Both the position numbers and the translations under genes were made by a program. Shown here piece after piece: positions 1 through 5,800 of a stretch of 13,234 bases of DNA (position 1 is its first letter; every line of letters begins with the position of its first letter). The stretch comes from Minisyncoccota bacterium. GTDB lineage: Bacteria > Patescibacteriota > Minisyncoccia > Phycocordibacterales > Phycocordibacteraceae. The notes beneath the pieces are model-generated. The model worked only from the letters and a program-made list of their open reading frames with translations, was not told the DNA's origin and ran no database searches. The stretch is from contig DATDST010000030.1 in assembly GCA_036517815.1 (NCBI GenBank), forward strand, positions 1-13,234, in the 5' to 3' direction.

Positions 1-1
1 C

Positions 2-295
2 GATGATGACATTGTCGCCGTGATTGAAACAATCGAATTAGCCGCGAAACGCGAGAAAGTGGAACTGTCAATCGCATCTGTTGACGTTGAGACCGGCGCA
101 TGGAAGCGGCACGAGCCGGTGCGCGCGGTTATGACCGCAGCCGGCTCGTTTGCTTCACTCGCCGCTTTCGCAACGGCCTTGGAAACATTGCCCCGCATAG
201 CGCGCGTAGAGAAGTTCGGCATGGAAACGGTCGGCAAAGAATTGTTCGGCACGTTTGAAATCAGTTTCGTAAAAGAAAAAACTGCTTCGCTATGA
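2..295 (+). CDS. PilO-like type IV pilus assembly protein, C-terminal fragment (5' end outside the window)
   Basis: The frame is open from the window edge (no stop from nt 2) to TGA 293-295. 'GSFASLAAFATALETLPRIARVEKF' resembles the conserved PilO core (G-S-Y/F..L..F...L..LPRIV) as I remember it. The stop overlaps the next start (ATGA at 292-295). Confidence 0.45.
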   Translation, partial: DDDIVAVIETIELAAKREKVELSIASVDVETGAWKRHEPVRAVMTAAGSFASLAAFATALETLPRIARVEKFGMETVGKELFGTFEISFVKEKTASL

Positions 296-594
296 CAATA
301 GAAAAAGCAAAGAAATTCTTTGTGTCCCTTCTTTCAGCGCATCCGGCGCGCGACTGGTTGCTAATACTCTTTTTTGCGGCATTCCTTCTGGTGTTTGAGT
401 TGGCGTATGCCGGGTATCTTTTTTATGGGATACAGTCGGGAGGCATCGTGGGAACGGCTGACACGGCCGTTGAGGTTGCGCCATCCGTCACCGCGAAAGA
501 CTTAGAGAAGGTTCTGGAAGTCTACCGCGTGCGAAAAACGGATTTTGAGACAAGGAATTTCAAACTGCCGCCGCTTTCCGATCCGGCGAGGTAG
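292..594 (+). CDS. Small membrane protein (100 aa, one N-terminal TM helix), function unknown; possibly a pilus-cluster accessory
   Basis: The ATG overlaps the upstream stop (ATGA), which suggests translational coupling. There is a hydrophobic stretch, 'WLLILFFAAFLLVFELAYAGYLFYGI'. I recognise no family motif. Confidence 0.6.
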   Translation: MTIEKAKKFFVSLLSAHPARDWLLILFFAAFLLVFELAYAGYLFYGIQSGGIVGTADTAVEVAPSVTAKDLEKVLEVYRVRKTDFETRNFKLPPLSDPAR

Positions 595-625
595 AGTGTT
601 ATGTGGCATCTGATATTATTAGAAT

Positions 626-982
626 ATGAAAGAAAACCTCTCTGCAAAACCGGGCGAAAAAGGTTGGGATGGTGCTGAAAAGCTTTATCCTGAAATGATA
701 ACTGATGCGGTAGAGAATCTTAATGAAGTTAAAGCACTCCTTGATGATGGAGCCGAAGCAAGGGCATCGGTAGTGCTTGGGGAGGTTATTCAATCCCTGC
801 CACGCATTATATTCAGCATGTCTTCTCCGCGGCTTACCCAAGCTGAAAATATAGAACTTCAAAGATTACAAGCACAGGCTTATACCTTTACTCCGACGGG
901 GAGCATCTTGCATAATCGCTTAGATGAACACACTAACCGAAGACGGCAATTTTTGTTATCCAAGGGAATGGGTAAGGACTAA
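626..982 (+). CDS. Hypothetical soluble, probably helical protein (118 aa)
   Basis: This is the only long ORF in the interval and has an ATG start. The antisense ORF 599-862 looks spurious. The region is somewhat more AT-rich than its neighbours. No motif recognised. Confidence 0.5.
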   Translation: MKENLSAKPGEKGWDGAEKLYPEMITDAVENLNEVKALLDDGAEARASVVLGEVIQSLPRIIFSMSSPRLTQAENIELQRLQAQAYTFTPTGSILHNRLDEHTNRRRQFLLSKGMGKD

Positions 983-1032
983 TTTTTATCTACTGCGAAA
1001 AAATCGGTCAGGCATAATTTTCTACTGAAAAT

Positions 1033-1624
1033 TTGTGTGATTTCGCGAGGAATCTCTCCTTACAGGAGCGAGGGAGGAGCGAGGCGAAAACGCAGTTTTC
1101 ATCTCGTCCGAATGAAGCTCATGAAAAGTTCCTTTACAGGAGCAGTACACCTTTCGGTCACAGGTTTTTGTTTGCTAACAAAACCCGCGACCCCGCCTCA
1201 CTTGCCTTCGCTCGCTCCGGCTTTCGATTCCTCGCCCGACGCCCCTGTTCTTTGTGGTCACAGATAATTCAATCACCTCCGTGATTGAATTTCCGCGACC
1301 CCGGCTCGCGGTTTTCTGAAACAGAAAACATCGCTCCACCTGCCACATGTGGCCCACAACTCAAAACTCTGCCGTTGCAGAGTTTTGGTCGCCGGCCCCG
1401 ACTCAGCTGTTTTGTCTGCTGACAAAACATGCTTCCGTCTGTCACCAAGTACAAAACAATGCCCAGCAGTGGGCATTGTTTGTTCCTTTGTGGTCACAAC
1501 TCTCGACTCGCCGTCGCTCGTCTCGGTCGCGACCCCGCCTCGCGGTTTTTCGAGGCGAAAAACATCGCTCCGCCTGCCACAAAACACAAAAACACTCCGC
1601 AGGGAGTGTTTTTGTGTTTTGTGG
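1033..1624. repeat. Noncoding, hairpin-rich, internally repeated tract bounded by tRNA-Arg 3'-end-like sequences
   Basis: At least eight stem-loops with 8-22 bp stems. Two 54-nt boxes (1294-1347 and 1528-1581) are about 85% identical. A 13-nt box, CTTTGTGGTCACA, occurs at 1250 and 1486. All six-frame ORFs here overlap one another and translate the repeats. Confidence 0.8.
1577..1624 (-). terminator. 22-bp perfect hairpin abutting the 3' end of tRNA-Arg; possible terminator or processing structure of the tRNA-Val/tRNA-Arg transcript
   Basis: CCACAAAACACAAAAACACTCC (1577-1598), loop GCAG, GGAGTGTTTTTGTGTTTTGTGG (1603-1624). The last 3 nt are tRNA positions 71-73. There is no clean U-tract after the stem, so the terminator role is uncertain. 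Confidence 0.45.
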
Positions 1625-1693
1625 CCCCGCGAGGAATCGAACCTCGATCAAGAGCTTAGAAGTCTCCTGTTTTATCCATTAAACTACGGGGCC
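1622..1693 (-). tRNA. tRNA-Arg (anticodon UCU), CCA not encoded
   Basis: Manual cloverleaf on the reverse complement: acceptor GGCCCCG/CGGGGCC; D arm GTTT-AATGGATA-AAAC; anticodon loop CTTCTAA; T arm CGAGG-TTCGATT-CCTCG; discriminator A. There is one A-G mismatch at the base of the anticodon stem. Confidence 0.88.
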
Positions 1694-1869
1694 GTAGTTG
1701 CTTACGAAAGTAGCGCGTAGCGCGTCTTTTGTGAAGGAGAGAGAAATGAGAGCTTGCTCACATTTCAACTCGACTGAACAAAAGTTCGTAAGCGGACTTT
1801 GTCAGAATGTTGGCCACGCAAGCCTTGCTTACGGGGCCTGTTCGAATACCGGCTTCTTTCCTGGCCGGG

Positions 1870-1942
1870 TGGGCGGTGCAGGGCTCGAACCCGCGACCTT
1901 TTCCGTGTAAAGGAATTGCTCTACCAACTGAGCTAACCGCCC
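1870..1942 (-). tRNA. tRNA-Val (anticodon UAC), CCA not encoded
   Basis: Reverse complement: GGGCGGT TA GCTC AGTTGGTA GAGC A ATTCC TTTACAC GGAAA AGGTC GCGGG TTCGAGC CCTGC ACCGCCC A. The D and T loops are canonical. Confidence 0.92.
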
Positions 1943-2129
1943 TTATTGTATCTACCAAAGCCGACGCTCCGGTCGGCTCCCCGACTTTACGTCGGGGCTG
2001 AGCTAACCGCGCAAGGCGAGAAAGAGAATAGTACATGTTTCATGTATATTCTTTTCGAACCGCGGCGTGGCAAGCTTGGCTTACCGCCCGCTTGCTGTTT
2101 TGTATCATATTTTGGGTATAGTGTCTTTT

Positions 2130-2441
2130 ATGCTTTCAGCGTTTGACGCAATCATCTCTGGTCGTGTGCAGATGGTCATGTTCCGGGATTTTACAATGCG
2201 CCACGCTCGAGAGTTGCATATCGTTGGCGAGGTAGAAAATATGCCGGACCTGCCTGCGCCGCCAGGGTCACTACGGCAGGCAGGCGGTACGGTGCGGGTA
2301 CATGCGGAAGGTGAGAAAGAAAACTTGGAGAAACTGCTCACACTTCTCCAGAACGGGCCTTTACTTGCGCGCGTTGACGATATCGGCGTCTCGTGGTTGA
2401 AACCAACCGGTAGGTTTGATAGGTTCTCTATTTTGTACTAG
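2130..2441 (+). CDS. acyP: Acylphosphatase-like protein
   Basis: 'ISGRVQMVMFRDF' matches the acylphosphatase N-terminal signature (V-x-G-x-V-Q-G-V-x-F-R). 'GTVRVHAEGEKENLEKLL..L..GP..ARV' matches the rest of the fold. ATG 2130 gives a typical ~103 aa. The ORF track's GTG at 2067 is an alternative start. Confidence 0.7.
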   Translation: MLSAFDAIISGRVQMVMFRDFTMRHARELHIVGEVENMPDLPAPPGSLRQAGGTVRVHAEGEKENLEKLLTLLQNGPLLARVDDIGVSWLKPTGRFDRFSILY

Positions 2442-2443
2442 AT

Positions 2444-3142
2444 ATGTCACACGAACACGCAGCACCAACCGAGGCAACCTCGGTCGCGGTTATCATGGAT
2501 GGCAATCGACGCTGGGCTGACGCACGGCAATTGCTTGCCGTTGAAGGTCACACAGCTGGATACGCAAAATTGAAAGAACTAGTTACATGGGCACCTACAC
2601 AAGGCATTACCACGCTCTATGCATATGCCTTTTCCGAAAAAAACTGGCAGCGCAACCCGGTAGAAATTTCGGGGATTCTGGCGTTGCTTAAGCGCGCATT
2701 AACCTCGGAAATCGATGAGCTTGCTACAGGTGGTGCACGGCTACGATTTCTTTCCGCGCCGGGCACAATGCCCGATTCTTTCCAACGGATGATGTGGGAA
2801 GCTGAAACAAAAACTGCACACAATACGAAACTCGATCTTGCTATCGCGTTTTCATACGGCGGACGCAGTGAAATTACCGACGCATTCAATCGCTTATATA
2901 TTGAGGGAAAGAGAAAGGTAACACCGGAAGATGTTTCCGCGTCTCTATGGACTGCCGGACTTGCAGATCCGCAACTTATTATCCGTTCTGGCGGTGGTAG
3001 AAATTTATCTGATTTTTTAACATGGGAAGCGACAGATGCCGATTTTGTGCCCATAGATACGCTGTGGCCTGATGTCTCTATGCGTGAACTGGAGCGAGAG
3101 CGCGAAGCGTACGCAAAACGCCCTCATAGAAACGGAATCTGA
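2444..3142 (+). CDS. uppS: Undecaprenyl diphosphate synthase (cis-prenyltransferase)
   Basis: 'VAVIMDGNRRWA' catalytic motif; 'IIRSGGGRNLSDFLTWEA' corresponds to the conserved RTSGE-R-SNFLLWQ region. Length is 232 aa. Starts 2 nt after the acyP stop. Confidence 0.9.
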   Translation: MSHEHAAPTEATSVAVIMDGNRRWADARQLLAVEGHTAGYAKLKELVTWAPTQGITTLYAYAFSEKNWQRNPVEISGILALLKRALTSEIDELATGGARLRFLSAPGTMPDSFQRMMWEAETKTAHNTKLDLAIAFSYGGRSEITDAFNRLYIEGKRKVTPEDVSASLWTAGLADPQLIIRSGGGRNLSDFLTWEATDADFVPIDTLWPDVSMRELEREREAYAKRPHRNGI

Positions 3143-3154
3143 TAAGGTGAAAGG

Positions 3155-3889
3155 ATGGACATTCCGATTCTCTACGAAGACGAGGATGTGCTGGTGGTAA
3201 ACAAGCCGGCCGGACTCATTGTGCATTCCGATGGCCGCACTATTGAGCCATCGCTTGCCGAGTGGGCGCTCGCGCGCTATCCGGAGATGAACAATGTCGG
3301 CGAGGCATGGACATCGCCGCAAGGAGAAATTGTTCCGCGGCCCGGCATCGTGCATCGTTTAGACCGCACCACTTCCGGTGTTATCATTCTTGCCAAGAAT
3401 GCACGAGCCTTTTCATTTCTCAAGGAGCAATTCCAGAAACGTACCGTACTCAAAGAATATCGTGCATTTGTATACGGCAATCCAAAAGAAGATCGCGGTG
3501 TCATTGATGCTGAGATAGAGCGCGTTCGCTCTACTCCACCGCGCTGGTCTGCTCGTATGAAGGGGCAGGGGACTCGTCGCACAGCGCTCACCGAATGGGA
3601 AGTGATACGGCGCGGCATTGACCCAAAGACTGGGGAGAAAGTTTCTCTTATCAGTGCCCGCCCAAAAACAGGCCGTACCCACCAGATTCGGGTTCATTTG
3701 CAATCCATTAACCATCCTATTATCTGCGATTCTTTGTATGCAAAAGGCCGAGCATGCTTTCTCGGGTTTATGCGCCCAGCCTTGCATGCGTTTCGACTTT
3801 CGCTCACGCTTCCAAATGGAGAGAAAAAAGATTTTGAAGCGCCTCTCCCGGAAGACTTTCTTCGCGCTGGAGCTTTGCTGTCCGCGTAA
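3155..3889 (+). CDS. RluA-family RNA pseudouridine synthase (no N-terminal S4 domain)
   Basis: 'GIVHRLDRTTSGVIILAK' contains the catalytic Asp motif HRLD. 'RTHQIRVHL' is the conserved C-terminal motif. An AAAGG Shine-Dalgarno-like sequence sits upstream of the ATG. Confidence 0.88.
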   Translation: MDIPILYEDEDVLVVNKPAGLIVHSDGRTIEPSLAEWALARYPEMNNVGEAWTSPQGEIVPRPGIVHRLDRTTSGVIILAKNARAFSFLKEQFQKRTVLKEYRAFVYGNPKEDRGVIDAEIERVRSTPPRWSARMKGQGTRRTALTEWEVIRRGIDPKTGEKVSLISARPKTGRTHQIRVHLQSINHPIICDSLYAKGRACFLGFMRPALHAFRLSLTLPNGEKKDFEAPLPEDFLRAGALLSA

Positions 3890-4131
3890 ACAAAGTTTCC
3901 CAGTTTCCTCGGCCGTCGGCTCGACGAAGTCGGCCTTTGGCCAGACGAAGTCGGTTCAGAAATGCGAAGGAGTTTCCGCATTTTCCTCGCTCTACCGGCA
4001 AGCGAGTGAGAGACATGGGAAAGCTTGATTCCCGATGTCCGAGCGAGCGTAGCCGGAAAGCTTTGCTTACGTCAGGAGTAAAAGGGTGTGTTTCCCGCTA
4101 TGCGTAGGAATAGTGTAAGCGGGAGATTCTA

Positions 4132-4170
4132 GCTCGGCGTTTGCTAAAACGCCGAGCGCGTGTTATTTTG
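4132..4170 (+). terminator. 11-bp GC-rich hairpin plus T-rich tail, directly upstream of the rplS start; terminator of the upstream operon or an rplS leader element
   Basis: GCTCGGCGTTT (4132-4142), loop GCTA, AAACGCCGAGC (4147-4157), then GCGTGTTATTTTG. The T-run is offset from the stem, so this is only moderately terminator-like. Confidence 0.35.
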
Positions 4171-4177
4171 CGCCTCT

Positions 4178-4687
4178 ATGACGGTTCGTATTGCAACCAC
4201 CACGACCTCCCCGGTCAATGTAGACGAGCGGAAGAAGCTTGATATCCGGGCGGGTGATACCGTGCGTGTTCATCAGAAAATTACGGAGATAAAACACGGC
4301 AAGGCTGCGAACAAAAAAGAAACGACCACCAAGAACGTCCGCATTCAGGTGTTCGAGGGGCTGGTTTTGGCGAAAAAACATGGTTCCGAAGCAGGCGCTA
4401 CTTTTACGGTCCGCGCGACTCTTTCAGGCGTGGGAGTGGAGAAGATTTTTCCCCTCTATTCGCCGAATATCGATCGGATTGAAATCGTGCGCCGTTCCAA
4501 AGTGCGCCGCGCGAAACTCTATTACATACGTGATAAAGTCGCCCGCGAAATGAGAAGGGGTCTTCGCAAGATGGTTGAGATGAATGTCTCCACCGAGAGC
4601 GAAAGGGAAGCCGCCGATCGTTCAGCTACTGCGCAAGCGGCAGTCGAGACGGCGTCAGCGGAACCAATCGCCGCCGAAGCAAAATAG
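4178..4687 (+). CDS. rplS: 50S ribosomal protein L19, with an internal insertion and an Ala/Glu-rich C-terminal tail
   Basis: '[14 protein letters not shown]', '[43 protein letters not shown]' are classic L19 blocks. I prefer ATG 4178 to the GTG at 4160. Confidence 0.9.
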   Translation: MTVRIATTTTSPVNVDERKKLDIRAGDTVRVHQKITEIKHGKAANKKETTTKNVRIQVFEGLVLAKKHGSEAGATFTVRATLSGVGVEKIFPLYSPNIDRIEIVRRSKVRRAKLYYIRDKVAREMRRGLRKMVEMNVSTESEREAADRSATAQAAVETASAEPIAAEAK

Positions 4688-4697
4688 AATTAGAACA

Positions 4698-4740
4698 TTC
4701 AAAAGAAAAACTGTGTTTTATACACAGTTTTTCTTTTGAA
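4698..4740 (+). terminator. Intrinsic terminator after rplS (19-bp perfect stem)
   Basis: TTCAAAAGAAAAACTGTGT (4698-4716), loop TTTAT, ACACAGTTTTTCTTTTGAA (4722-4740). The 3' arm is T-rich. It begins 11 nt after the rplS stop. Confidence 0.8.
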
Positions 4741-4899
4741 TAAAAAGGAAAGAATGGCAGTGCCATTCAGCTAAAATACGCAAAACGCGACTCTTTGAAA
4801 ATCATTTAAAAGATGTATCATTCCCATAAAGTTCCTTGCTTGAAACGCAAAAGAATCAAGATATTCAAAGCGTTACGGCAGGAGAACCTGACAAAATCT

Positions 4900-4985
4900 G
4901 CGCGGGTGGTGAAATAGAATACACGCTACCTTGAGGTGGTAGTGCCCGTAAGGGCGTGGAGGTGCAAGTCCTCTCCCGCGCACCA
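4900..4985 (+). tRNA. tRNA-Leu (anticodon GAG), class II with a long variable arm, CCA encoded; atypical D and T loops
   Basis: Acceptor GCGCGGG/CCCGCGC; anticodon arm CTACC-TTGAGGT-GGTAG; variable arm GCCC-GTAA-GGGC; T arm GGAGG-TGCAAGT-CCTCT; then A-CCA. The D loop AAATAGAATA has no GG, and the T loop has G where U55 is expected. Confidence 0.8.
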
Positions 4986-5010
4986 GTAGTAACTTGTTCG
5001 GAATAAAATT

Positions 5011-5733
5011 ATGAAAATAAACGTAGGAGAAACTCTAAGATTTTTTGATGAAGAAGCAGAAAGTCGTGGACATGCTACCGCTATAGTAAGTGTGATTGGC
5101 GAAGACCTTAACACTTCCGTGTTTAAGAACTACTTGGAAGCGAGGGGTGATAGGGTAAAAATTTTTGATGGACCGATAACACAGGGTACTACAAAAGGTC
5201 AACGTCTGGATAAGTGGATATATGTTCATGGGAAGAATGGTAAAAACATATTATATCAATGTGAAATAAAAAATTGGTCAGCAACAGCTATCGGTGGTCG
5301 TTCGTTACCCATGAAAGCAAATGGTGATGAAGTCCGAAAAATCTCTCAGTATCATTGGGAGCAACAAAAGAATGTTTTTTCGAGAGACGCTAAACCAAAT
5401 TCTGTGACAAAGGTACTTTTACGCATGAATCCTGCCCGCAATGAAAATGTAAAGCAATATATGGAAGAGCAAAAAATAAACAACTATCAACAGCAACAGA
5501 AACCACTCTTAATATATTGGATGCCAATTTCATCCAACAAAAAAGACAACAACCCCTTTTTCACTGAAAAGGTATCTAATTTAGATGTAAAGTTCACAAC
5601 GAATTTTGAGAATATCGATATATTTTCTGTTTCGTTGTATCTCCGAACGTTAGAGAGAAAAAAACCGCTTTCGCTAAGTATGCCTAATGTTGAAAAACGT
5701 AGAGATATATTGAATAAGATTATTATTTCGTAA
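5011..5733 (+). CDS. Hypothetical protein with a putative PD-(D/E)xK nuclease-fold motif (240 aa)
   Basis: Long AT-rich ORF starting 25 nt after tRNA-Leu. Motif: E31 ('GEDL'), D67 ('RLDKWIYV', codon 5209-5211), then E85-x-K87 after a hydrophobic strand ('ILYQCEIKNW', codons 5263-5271). The spacing is typical of restriction-endonuclease-like folds. This is a motif-level call only. Confidence 0.5.
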   Translation: MKINVGETLRFFDEEAESRGHATAIVSVIGEDLNTSVFKNYLEARGDRVKIFDGPITQGTTKGQRLDKWIYVHGKNGKNILYQCEIKNWSATAIGGRSLPMKANGDEVRKISQYHWEQQKNVFSRDAKPNSVTKVLLRMNPARNENVKQYMEEQKINNYQQQQKPLLIYWMPISSNKKDNNPFFTEKVSNLDVKFTTNFENIDIFSVSLYLRTLERKKPLSLSMPNVEKRRDILNKIIIS

Positions 5734-5800
5734 TATGTAAACGATAAGAATGTTTGCTTCGGTAGTTTTGGACAATTTTTTTCGATAAACTCAAAGAAAC

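Noticed and set aside
1151-1624. Possible CRISPR array (repeats separated by 23-31 nt variable segments)
   Set aside because: The boxes flanking each variable segment differ from each other. Unit spacing is irregular (99 and 236 nt), there are only three units, and the variable segments are themselves palindromic. No cas genes are in the window.
1033-1720. Eight tracked ORFs of 60-123 aa on both strands across the tRNA-Arg flank
   Set aside because: They overlap one another in several frames and run into the tRNA. Their 'proteins' simply translate the 54-nt repeats (for example GRRSDVFRLEKPRGGVA and GRWSDVFCFRKPRAGVA) and are Arg/Ser/Cys-rich. There is no sign of coding.
4015-4083. 22-codon ORF (MGKLDSRCPSERSRKALLTSGV) inside the rplS upstream spacer
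   Set aside because: It is very short, has no convincing ribosome-binding site, and its sequence overlaps the GGAAAGCTT repeats. More likely it is part of a structured untranslated region.
4840-4866. Sigma70-like promoter for tRNA-Leu (TTGAAA ... GATATT)
   Set aside because: The spacer between the hexamers is only 14-15 nt, and promoter consensus for this lineage is unknown. It is too weak to annotate.
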